Part shown: piece after piece, positions 16,176 to 24,189 of the stretch | Numbering within the stretch: the first letter of the stretch is position 1 | Layout: each line of letters opens with the position of its first letter | NCBI GenBank assembly: GCA_964429255.1 | Contig: CAYSBP010000005.1 | Span: 1 to 40,978 of the forward strand | Direction: 5' to 3' | Length of the DNA stretch: 40,978 nt | Source: an uncultured Planctomycetia bacterium | GTDB lineage: Bacteria > Planctomycetota > SZUA-567 > H5-PLA8 | Notes under the pieces: model-generated | Told to the model about the DNA's origin: nothing | What the model saw: the letters and a program-made list of their open reading frames with translations, nothing else | The model's database searches: none | Translations under genes and position numbers: made by a program

Positions 16176-18155
16176 TCACCCCCAGAAGTGGTAGACGGTC
16201 TTGCTGCAGATCGCGCCGTAGATGCCGAAGATCGCACCGACGGTGAATTCCCCCAGCACCACGCCCACCACACAGGGAATCGCACGCCGATAAGCCGCGA
16301 CCCCGCCGTAGCGCGTGATCAGCAGCTTGATGAGCCAGCCGAGGAAGATGCAGAACCAGATCTTCCACATCGACCAGGAGGAGGCCGTGGCGTAGCCGAC
16401 GGGATGCAAGAGCCACCACGTGAAACTCATGCGCAGTCCGCCCAGCAGCAAGGCGAAAGCCATTCCGACGAAGAGCGCGATGGTCGAGCCTATTGCGGCG
16501 CTACTCGGCCGCGCCATCGGTTCCGCAAGACGATTCCAGCCTTCGCTGGCAAACAAACCGGCCACCTTGCCCGCGTGGCCGTGGACATAGCAGACGTGCA
16601 GCATGGCCCAGAAGGCCGCGATCGAGCCGATCACGATCGCCACGATCATCGCGTACATCATGGCTCGCGAACGGGTCCTGGTAAGCTGCGCCAGCTTGAA
16701 GCCTTCCATGTCATGCGCGGAGAAGTGCGCCCGGTAGGCCCGGTTAAACCAGGCGAAATAGCCGAACGCCGCCACGTTCTCTTCGCCCAGCGCACGCGAA
16801 CCGACTGCGTTCTGCATCAGCACGCCTGGTCCCATTCCATGGAGGTCGTGTGCCGGCGGCCCCAACTCCGCGCGCATTCGCGCGATGGCGATGGCATATA
16901 TGAAGAAGATCAGGAAGAAGATGAACATCAAACCCCATGAGGCGTGCTTCGTCACCCATTGGCCGTTCTCCATGACCTGGGTCTGGCCGATCCGCGTGCC
17001 CATGAACATCAGCAGTCCGCCGAAGATCAGCAGCAGGATGAAGGTGGTTCGATAGCGGAGCGGTTCCTGGCTGTCATCCGCGCCGCCGGGACGGCCGAAA
17101 ACCGTGCGAAAGACCGCCTTCAGGTGCCGCCGCGAAAGCCAGAGCGCCAGCAGCCCCAGCGCAAGGTATCCGCCCGCCGCCTGTTCACTCGTATAGGGAA
17201 AACCGGGAAGATCGCTGACCCCGATCACCGACGTCAGCACGTTTTGAGCAAGAAAGAAGAGGTAGAAGAACCAGCAGCTAAAGGCCAGGTCGGTCGGCAG
17301 GAAGAACGCCAACCCGATCACAAAGGGAAACAGATTGATGGTCGTGCCGGCAATCGAATTCCAGGGCCGCTCGACCAGGTACTCGCGAAAGCTGAACGCA
17401 TCGACGATCGGAATCTTCGGTACGTTCGGATAGAAATGATTGAGGTTGTTCAGAATGTCGATGACCGCGACGGTGCCGAATCCGATCCAGAAGAGCCGGT
17501 TCTTCAGCAGCCCGGAGAGCCCCGTGGAGATGGTCAGCGGAATCTGGATGATCGGGAAACTGAGCCGCTCCTGCTCCGTCCACGGCCGACGGAAGAGGAT
17601 GTTGATGCAGAGCAGCGCGCCGGTGAGCACAAAGAGGAAGGAGCACCAGAATCCGAGCGGCTTCAACCAGGCCGAGATGAACTTCCATTGGTACAGCGAA
17701 CTGTTACCGACCTCGAAGGCCCGCGCCGCGTCCTTATCCTGCAGTAGCGCCCACCCCGGCACGTGCGGCAGGATCAGTTCCTCCCAGCGGTTGCTCGCGT
17801 TGGCTGCGTGCACCGGGTACGAGATCATCGGGACGAGGATCTGCAGCATGTCATGGCTGCAGAATGTGCCCGCGATCGAGAGCATCATGTAGATCGTGAG
17901 CATCTCGGCCGCCGTGAGTGCCTTGGCGGGCAGGTAACGCTGCACCAGCAGGTTGAGGAGCGCGATCACAAAGACCACGACGGTGACGTGATAAAAGAGC
18001 GAGATGGCGGTGGAGTGACTCGAGTACCAGATGACTTCGGAGAGGACCACCCACCAAGCCAGGAGCGGCATCAGTCCGCACGCGATGCAGACGGACCGGA
18101 GGGTCACGCCCCCCATACGCTCTTCGCCTGCGGGCTGAGGCATTTCCCCCCACAT
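16176..18155 (-). CDS. Polytopic membrane protein, distant paralog of the OPT-like protein at 9300-11387
   Basis: The ~655-aa product has many TM segments. It shares with 9300-11387 the ERL(S/P)FP motif (TEQERLSFPIIQIP) and a C-terminal R-Y...Y/W-R/K-R-x-IP-x-V-x-G pattern (ITRYGGVAAYRRAIPCVVGVVLGE). It is the first gene of the operon. ATG 18143 is an alternative start with better Shine-Dalgarno spacing. Confidence 0.65.
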   Translation of the reverse strand: MWGEMPQPAGEERMGGVTLRSVCIACGLMPLLAWWVVLSEVIWYSSHSTAISLFYHVTVVVFVIALLNLLVQRYLPAKALTAAEMLTIYMMLSIAGTFCSHDMLQILVPMISYPVHAANASNRWEELILPHVPGWALLQDKDAARAFEVGNSSLYQWKFISAWLKPLGFWCSFLFVLTGALLCINILFRRPWTEQERLSFPIIQIPLTISTGLSGLLKNRLFWIGFGTVAVIDILNNLNHFYPNVPKIPIVDAFSFREYLVERPWNSIAGTTINLFPFVIGLAFFLPTDLAFSCWFFYLFFLAQNVLTSVIGVSDLPGFPYTSEQAAGGYLALGLLALWLSRRHLKAVFRTVFGRPGGADDSQEPLRYRTTFILLLIFGGLLMFMGTRIGQTQVMENGQWVTKHASWGLMFIFFLIFFIYAIAIARMRAELGPPAHDLHGMGPGVLMQNAVGSRALGEENVAAFGYFAWFNRAYRAHFSAHDMEGFKLAQLTRTRSRAMMYAMIVAIVIGSIAAFWAMLHVCYVHGHAGKVAGLFASEGWNRLAEPMARPSSAAIGSTIALFVGMAFALLLGGLRMSFTWWLLHPVGYATASSWSMWKIWFCIFLGWLIKLLITRYGGVAAYRRAIPCVVGVVLGEFTVGAIFGIYGAICSKTVYHFWG

Positions 18156-18288
18156 CCTCCCCGTCAGTCACGATGTTGCTGAATGTGCTTGCTCCCACCT
18201 TACCAAATGCGCACCGGCATTCGCCAGTCGCTTTCTGCGCCGAATCCCAATAAGGGTGTGTTTCAGAAAAGTTCCCAGACTTGGGGGT

Positions 18289-18336
18289 GGAACCGCCAAA
18301 GAACGCCAGGGGACGGGGAAACGACAGGAACCGCCA
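18289..18336. repeat. Exact 10-nt direct repeat GGAACCGCCA (two copies) in the divergent intergenic region
   Basis: The copies lie at 18289-18298 and 18327-18336, 38 nt apart start to start. They sit between the minus-strand ABC operon start and kdsD. Their function is unknown. Confidence 0.5.
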
Positions 18337-18400
18337 TGATGCCAAGGACGCTAGCAGTTACGAGGATGCACCCAAGGCCCTGACCAGGGCCCAACGGCAG

Positions 18401-18429
18401 ATGACAGTCCCGTCTCTTTCAGCTATGCT
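18401..18429 (+). promoter_or_regulatory. Candidate promoter for the kdsD operon (ATGACA, 17-nt spacer, TATGCT)
   Basis: The -35-like ATGACA lies at 18401-18406 and the -10-like TATGCT at 18424-18429, with a 17-nt spacer. This is about 40 nt upstream of TTG 18471, which itself follows AGGAAGGAG. Confidence 0.35.
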
Positions 18430-18470
18430 ACGGGGCCTCACGTTGACCCGTCTGAGGAAGGAGCGCGCCG

Positions 18471-19487
18471 TTGAGCAGGACCCCATCTCGGCAGAAAGTC
18501 CGTCCGTCACCGGGTCGGATCAACCCGGGCTACGCGCGGCGCGTGATTGCGGCGGAGGCGCACGCGGTCGCGGATCTTCGGCATGCGATTGACGCCTCGT
18601 TTATCCAGGCTGCGGAGCTGATCCTTGACCGCGGGCGCCAGGGGGTCGGACGGCTGGTGACGACCGGGGTGGGCAAGGCGGGTCTGATCGCCCAGAAGGT
18701 CTGCGCCACGTTCGCCTCGACGGGCACGCCGGCGTTCTTCATGCATCCGACCGAGGCGAGACACGGCGATCTGGGCATGTTGACGTCGCGCGACGTGGTG
18801 CTGGCTTTTTCGAATTCGGGCGAATCCGACGAGCTCTCCCACATTCTTCCCGCGATCCGGAAGATGCGGGTGCCGTTGATCGCGATGACGGGCCGGCCGA
18901 ACTCCACGCTGGGCCGTGCATCCGACTGCGTTCTCGACATCGGGCGCATCGAGGAGCCCTGCCCGTTGCGGATGGCGCCGAGCGCTTCGACGACGGCCAT
19001 GCTGGCGCTGGGCGACGCGCTGGCGCTGAGCGTCCTGAAGGCGCGCCGCTTCACGGCCCAGGACTATGCGCGGCTCCATCCCGGCGGCGCGCTGGGGCGC
19101 AAGCTGATGAAGGCGCGCGACGTGATGCGCACCGGCGCGCGACTGGCGCTGGCCCGGTCGGACGCGACCGTAGGCGAAGCGCTCTTACGCATGTCCAGGG
19201 CGCGTGGCGGAGCGGTTGTGATCGTTGATGCACGCGCGAAGCTTCTGGGCGTCTTTACCGACGGTGATTTCCGGCGCCTGATGATGCGCGATCCGGGGCA
19301 GTTCCACGCGTCGGTGGGTACGTTCATGACGTCGCCATGCAAGTTCATCCAGGACGACACGCTGGTGGCTGAAGCGCAGGCGTTGATGGCCGAGAAGCAC
19401 ATTAACGCGCTTCCCGTGGTGAAGTCGGACGGCCGTGTGGTCGGACTGCTCGACATCCAGGACCTGGTGGGGTTCCCCGTATTGTGA
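18471..19487 (+). CDS. kdsD: Arabinose-5-phosphate isomerase (SIS domain plus two CBS domains), KdsD/KpsF
   Basis: The SIS motif is GVGKAGLIAQKVCATFASTGTPAFFMHPTEARHGDLGM, with ...SNSGESDEL and MAPSASTTAMLALGDAL. A tandem CBS pair at the C-terminus ends ...INALPVVKSDGRVVGLLDIQDL. Confidence 0.9.
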   Translation: MSRTPSRQKVRPSPGRINPGYARRVIAAEAHAVADLRHAIDASFIQAAELILDRGRQGVGRLVTTGVGKAGLIAQKVCATFASTGTPAFFMHPTEARHGDLGMLTSRDVVLAFSNSGESDELSHILPAIRKMRVPLIAMTGRPNSTLGRASDCVLDIGRIEEPCPLRMAPSASTTAMLALGDALALSVLKARRFTAQDYARLHPGGALGRKLMKARDVMRTGARLALARSDATVGEALLRMSRARGGAVVIVDARAKLLGVFTDGDFRRLMMRDPGQFHASVGTFMTSPCKFIQDDTLVAEAQALMAEKHINALPVVKSDGRVVGLLDIQDLVGFPVL

Positions 19488-20065
19488 GCCCAAGAGCCGA
19501 AATCCGTGCCGGTGGACGTGGCTGGCCCGCCCGTGAAGCCTACGCGGCCATCCGACTCGTCCTGTTTGACGTCGACGGCGTTCTGACGGATGGTGGCATC
19601 TACCTGGATGCCCGCGGGGCCGAGACCAAGCGTTTCGACGTGCGTGACGGCTCGGGAATGGCCTTTCTCCGGCATGCCGGCCTGGAGATGGCCATTCTGA
19701 GTGGCCGGTCCAGCGCGGCGACGGATCGGCGGGCTGCGGACCTACACATACCGAAGACCCGCGTCTGGCAGGGCGCCCGACGTAAAGGTCCCGTCTTCGC
19801 TGAAGTTCTGAAGACCTGTGGCGTCCGTAGAGAGGAAGTCGCTTTCATTGGAGACGACATCGTGGATTTGCCGGTTCTTGAGCAGGCGGGAATTTCTGCC
19901 TGTCCCGGCGATGCCCATTCGGCGGCCATGGCGGCCAGCCACCTGATTTGCGCGGCATCCGGAGGCCGCGGCGCTGTCCGGCAGTTCTGCGAACACCTGA
20001 TCAAGCGTCGCGGGACGGGTGAGTGGGAACGGACGATCCGCAGGTACCTGGGCCAGAAGGAATGA
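19484..20065 (+). CDS. kdsC: KDO 8-phosphate phosphatase (HAD superfamily), KdsC
   Basis: HAD motif I is LVLFDVDGVLTDGGIY, followed by FDVRDGSGM, then ILSGRSS, then AFIGDDIVDLPV. GTGA start/stop overlap with kdsD. Confidence 0.85.
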   Translation: MSPRAEIRAGGRGWPAREAYAAIRLVLFDVDGVLTDGGIYLDARGAETKRFDVRDGSGMAFLRHAGLEMAILSGRSSAATDRRAADLHIPKTRVWQGARRKGPVFAEVLKTCGVRREEVAFIGDDIVDLPVLEQAGISACPGDAHSAAMAASHLICAASGGRGAVRQFCEHLIKRRGTGEWERTIRRYLGQKE

Positions 20066-22854
20066 GCAACCCCTCGACCGTCTGGCTGGTCTGCATCCTG
20101 GTGTCGGCGTTGGCCACCGTATCGGCTTCGGAAGCCGGCCTTGTGGCGGACACCGTCGATCTGGATCAGGGCCTCTCTCCGATTCCGATCATCAAGTCCA
20201 ATACCCTCTTCGAAGTCTCGAACGGCGAGGCGGAATGGAAGAAGGCGTTTGTGCACGCCACCACACCGATGGACGAACTGGGCGTGGAGCCGCAGCGTCT
20301 GACCGAGATGATGCAGGATGGCTTTCGTCGCGTCACGAATTTCCGCTCCGAATGGTACAATCGTTCGAGGACGGCCTGTGAAATCACCTTGCTGGTGGGT
20401 GCCCAAGAGGCGTGGGTCGATCCGGGCAAGGCGAACGAAGTCAACTTAGCCAACCTGCGCCTCGTCTTTTTCGTCACGCCTTCGACCTTGACCCTTTCGC
20501 AATCCCAGTTGGCCGGACCCGCGCCCAAGGAGCCCGGCAAGAGTCCCGCGCTGCCTCCCGCCCTGCGCCAGAGCCGTTTTGTCATCACGGCCGAAGATGG
20601 AACGGTGAACCTCACGACCGGCGAAGGGACGGCCATGGCACGCTTCTGGCACCGTCTTCAGTCGCTGCTCGTGGCCCGCATGGTTGACGGAGGGACGGCG
20701 CCGCCGGTGAAAGGCGTGCGCATCGAGATCTTCACCGCGTCCGCGGACGGGGCGCTGACCGAACCGATGGGCGAGATCGCGTGCGAAGGGCTTCACTGGC
20801 GTGCCTGGAACGATCCGCGCACCGGCACGTCCGAACTGACGCTTCGCGCCATGTCCGCGATCCCAAGGTTCGAGCCCCGTGTCGAAGGTCGTTTCGTTTC
20901 GCGGAATCCGGTCACCCAAGAGCAGTCCGAGATGGAGATCAAGGCCAAGGGCATGATCTTCCAGACCAGCATCCTGGACCACCTGCAACCGGTGAAGGAC
21001 GCGGAGGGCCGCGTGCTGGGCGTCACCAATGTGGTGCGCCGGCGGGTGATCTTTCACCGCGAAATCGGGGTGCGCATCGACGGCTCGGAGTCCGCGCCGA
21101 TCATCCCCTTCCAACAGACGCCCGAACCCGATCACGGCAAACCGGCAACCGCCAAGCGGCCGGCGAAGCCGGTGTCGCCGCCTTCGCGAACGCTGGTGGG
21201 TTGCGCCGGGCCCGCCATCCTGGACCTGGCGGTTCAGCCGCGAACCCTTCCGCCCGGGCCGCCGGACCGTCTCGTGCCGTTGGCGATGCGTTTCGAGTTT
21301 CTGAATGGTGTCGAAATGCACAAAGCGCCGCGCGACGCGCCGACCCCGGGTCAACCGGCGGGTACCAGCGCTATCATGACCTGCAGACACCTCTGCTTCC
21401 AGTCCGCGGTCGACGCGCCGACCATGCTGCCGGAGTATGCCGAGGCGACCGGCGGGGTCCGCATCTATGGCTCGCGCCCGGCCTCCGAGGGAGCCGCCCC
21501 GACGCCGTTCCACATCGATTGCCAGCGCATCTATTTTGATGGAGCGAGTAACGCCACCGTCGTGCAGGGTCAGCCCATGTACCCCGCTCGGATCGTGGAT
21601 GACATGGGTTCGCTCACCACCCAGACCTGTGTCATCTCGCAGAAGACGCAGATGCTCTATATGCCGCCATCCGCGATAGCCAAGGAGGCCCTGGTGCGTG
21701 GCACGCGTTCCGCGCCGTCCACGGATCCCGGTGTGGCGCAATCCATCGATTTCAGCGGAGGCGATCTGGAAGCCAGGTGGTTCGGATCCTTCCGCCGGGA
21801 GATCGTGCCGGTCCTGGGTCCGGGCAATGTCGAGGTGCGCAAGGAGATTCTGATCCTCGACAAGGACGTCAGTATCCGGCAGGCGCAGAAGGGTCTGCGC
21901 ATCGAAGGCCAGGGTATCCGGATCGTCAGGGACGAAACAACCGGTCAGGTCGAACGTCTGGAAGGGCGCGGCGGCGTGCTGGTACGAAGCAGCGGGATGC
22001 AGGTCAAAGGCGAGTTCGTCACGGTCGACCTGCGCTACGACCAGAAGAACCAGATCGAGCAGAACACCGTCATCGTCTGGAGTCCGCCGTCCTCCGGGCA
22101 CAAGGCCATGCTGTGGCAGGGGGAGAGTGCCGTTGGCGGCGAACGATTCGTCATCGACGCGTTGAACAACAACTTCCAGGCGTATGGTGGCGTGGTGGCC
22201 CGCTTCAATCTGCCCGAATCGTCCGGACAGAAGGGCGCCGAAGCAAGCGGCGGTGCGGCCCTGATGCCCAGTTTCTCCGGGGGTGGAGCGACCGCCCAGA
22301 AGGGGAGCAACCGGCTGGCCCTCCAGTGCGACGGCGATTTCGAGTTCGTCGGCAGTTCGGGCAAGCTCCGTGTGACCCGCAACGTGCTCATCGCGCAGGG
22401 CTCCATGAGCATCGTCGCTGACCGTTTGGTCCTGACGCTCGCCCCCCCCCCGAAGGACGAAGCGAAGGACGACAAGAAGCCCGACAAGAAGGACGCCGCA
22501 AAGGACGCCAAGCCCGACGAGAAGAGCGATGCGGGGTTGCTCTCCGCCAACGTCAAGAGCCTGGAATGCCGTGGAAACATCGAGATCGGCACGCCGACGC
22601 AGGTCGTGCACTGCGACCGGCTCTTCTTCGACATGGCCTCCTCGCAGGTCTTCCTCGAAACGGACCGCCCTGACGACAAGGTTCGCGTCTATCTGCAGGA
22701 CGGTGCGGGAACCAAGGTGTTGGAGGTGACCCGGCGCCTGGATTACGATTCGAAGGGCGGTGTGTTCACGCCCGCCGAACGGATGCTGCTCAAGCCGTTC
22801 GCGGGAACCAAGCCGCTGCCGCGAACCCCGCCGGACGGAGGGCGCGCGCCATGA
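20062..22854 (+). CDS. Giant (930-aa) membrane-anchored LptC/OstA-like protein (putative LPS-transport bridge component)
   Basis: It occupies the lptC position directly after kdsD-kdsC, with ATGA overlap. The N-terminal anchor or signal is MSNPSTVWLVCILVSALATVSA. The beta-rich sequence carries repeated OstA-like strand motifs. The C-terminal ~170 aa are clearly paralogous to the next ORF (DGDF..SG..RNV..AD.L...SL.C.G.IEI.TP.Q.VHCD.L). Confidence 0.5.
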   Translation: MSNPSTVWLVCILVSALATVSASEAGLVADTVDLDQGLSPIPIIKSNTLFEVSNGEAEWKKAFVHATTPMDELGVEPQRLTEMMQDGFRRVTNFRSEWYNRSRTACEITLLVGAQEAWVDPGKANEVNLANLRLVFFVTPSTLTLSQSQLAGPAPKEPGKSPALPPALRQSRFVITAEDGTVNLTTGEGTAMARFWHRLQSLLVARMVDGGTAPPVKGVRIEIFTASADGALTEPMGEIACEGLHWRAWNDPRTGTSELTLRAMSAIPRFEPRVEGRFVSRNPVTQEQSEMEIKAKGMIFQTSILDHLQPVKDAEGRVLGVTNVVRRRVIFHREIGVRIDGSESAPIIPFQQTPEPDHGKPATAKRPAKPVSPPSRTLVGCAGPAILDLAVQPRTLPPGPPDRLVPLAMRFEFLNGVEMHKAPRDAPTPGQPAGTSAIMTCRHLCFQSAVDAPTMLPEYAEATGGVRIYGSRPASEGAAPTPFHIDCQRIYFDGASNATVVQGQPMYPARIVDDMGSLTTQTCVISQKTQMLYMPPSAIAKEALVRGTRSAPSTDPGVAQSIDFSGGDLEARWFGSFRREIVPVLGPGNVEVRKEILILDKDVSIRQAQKGLRIEGQGIRIVRDETTGQVERLEGRGGVLVRSSGMQVKGEFVTVDLRYDQKNQIEQNTVIVWSPPSSGHKAMLWQGESAVGGERFVIDALNNNFQAYGGVVARFNLPESSGQKGAEASGGAALMPSFSGGGATAQKGSNRLALQCDGDFEFVGSSGKLRVTRNVLIAQGSMSIVADRLVLTLAPPPKDEAKDDKKPDKKDAAKDAKPDEKSDAGLLSANVKSLECRGNIEIGTPTQVVHCDRLFFDMASSQVFLETDRPDDKVRVYLQDGAGTKVLEVTRRLDYDSKGGVFTPAERMLLKPFAGTKPLPRTPPDGGRAP

Positions 22855-24179
22855 GATTCTTCCTGCCGTGGATCGTCCTGCTCATCGGCCTCGTGCGGGC
22901 CGGAGAGGCGCCTCGTAAGGACCCCCAGAAGGACACACCCAAGACCCCCCCGCAGGACTTCACCATTAAGGAAGCCGACCTCCAGCGGTTCCCGGTCCCG
23001 CGCATGAGCACCTTCCCCTGGGTCGTACAGAAACCGGAACCCGCCCGCACCACGGCCCCCCCGACCACCGACTCCGGCCCAGAGGGCATGATCGACGTCG
23101 CTTCGGGAGACGTGACGATCGCCGCCTCAGGGCCGTTTGCCCGGACCGCCGAGCGAGTCAGGGACGACAAGACCGGGGAGTACGCGGACAAGGAGGCCTT
23201 CACGCTGCAGAAGGACGTCGAGATTCTCCAGCCGGCCACGGGAGCAGTCCTGCGCGGCCAGAGCATCAAGCTGTTGCGGGACACCGCCTCCGGCGACATG
23301 GAACGCCTGGAGGCGCGCGGCCACGTGGAGATCGTCTTCGGCACGCGCAAGGCGCGCGGCGAGATGCTGGTCTACGAGACCAAGTTTGGACCACCCGTCA
23401 AGACCCCCGCAGGGACGCACAAGGAGACGCTCACCAACATCGTTACCGTCGAGGGCGACCCCAAGGTGCGCAAACCGGCCACGCTCTGGTCCGGTGATGA
23501 CGTGATTCAGGCGCAGCGCTTCGTACTCGACCTGCGCCGCGACACCTTTCGTGCGCTGGGTGGCGCCTTGATCCAGGTCAGTTTACCGTCCAAGTCGGAA
23601 CCTGGGCCTGTGGCATCGACGGTGAACAAGAACGCCATGTTCCCCGGCCTCTCCCTGATGTCCGGCGCCAAGGTATTCCTCTCCAGCGACGGCGACTTCC
23701 TTTACGAAGGCTTCTCCGGCCGCATCGTGTTGAAGAGAAACGTACAGGTCAAGCAGGAGGGCTTCCTGCTGGTCGCCGACGAATTGGAGATCCAACTCGA
23801 TCTGGGTTCCGGCGGCCAGTCGCAGGGTGGCGTCTTCGCCGGCAGCCTGCGTTCCCTGCAGTGCAAAGGCCGCATTGAGATCAAGACCCCCGATCAGATC
23901 GTCCACTGCGACCAGTTGAGCTACGACCTGAAATCCGAGCATCTTCGCATGGAGATGAACGACCCCAAGACGGACGTCAAGATCTACACCCGGAACCCCG
24001 CGAAGCCCGATTCGGCTACCAGCGTCGTGCAGGTGCTGCGCCGCATCGACATCGATACCCGAACCAAGAACATGGCCGACACCGACAAGGATGCGGCGCC
24101 TACGCGGCGACGCATCGCCAGTTTCGCGGAACCGATTCCCATTCCCAATCCACGCCCTTCCCACAACACCGAACGGTAG
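22851..24179 (+). CDS. Secreted (442-aa) LptA/OstA-like protein, paralog of the preceding ORF
   Basis: The signal peptide is MRFFLPWIVLLIGLVRAGEA. ATGA overlap with the upstream gene. OstA-like motifs include LEARGHVEIVFGTRKARGEMLVYE and LQCKGRIEIKTPDQIVHCDQLSYDLKSEHLRME. It occupies the lptA position. Confidence 0.5.
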   Translation: MRFFLPWIVLLIGLVRAGEAPRKDPQKDTPKTPPQDFTIKEADLQRFPVPRMSTFPWVVQKPEPARTTAPPTTDSGPEGMIDVASGDVTIAASGPFARTAERVRDDKTGEYADKEAFTLQKDVEILQPATGAVLRGQSIKLLRDTASGDMERLEARGHVEIVFGTRKARGEMLVYETKFGPPVKTPAGTHKETLTNIVTVEGDPKVRKPATLWSGDDVIQAQRFVLDLRRDTFRALGGALIQVSLPSKSEPGPVASTVNKNAMFPGLSLMSGAKVFLSSDGDFLYEGFSGRIVLKRNVQVKQEGFLLVADELEIQLDLGSGGQSQGGVFAGSLRSLQCKGRIEIKTPDQIVHCDQLSYDLKSEHLRMEMNDPKTDVKIYTRNPAKPDSATSVVQVLRRIDIDTRTKNMADTDKDAAPTRRRIASFAEPIPIPNPRPSHNTER

Positions 24180-24189
24180 CCCAAACGCC

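Noticed and set aside
16096-16419. The first 108 codons of track ORF 11380-16419, which overlap the end of the upstream membrane-protein gene.
   Set aside because: The sequence is R/L/H-rich and not protein-like, and it overlaps gene 16176-18155 by more than 240 nt. A Met followed by a clean TM anchor (MLSGLAKGFLWLVG) with AGGAG upstream is available at 16095.
22440-22520. Repetitive AAGGAC/GACAAG-rich DNA that could suggest a tandem repeat or microsatellite.
   Set aside because: It is in frame within the LptC-like gene and encodes a K/D/P-rich linker (PPPKDEAKDDKKPDKKDAAKDAKPDEKSD). This is low-complexity coding sequence, not an independent repeat element. The same applies to the TCCGAC-rich segment at 7280-7325 in the M48 tail.
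24091-24189. Start of the folP ORF at 24091, overlapping the LptA-like gene by 89 nt.
   Set aside because: The overlap is long and the sequence R-rich. The first ATG after the upstream stop (24190) is more parsimonious.
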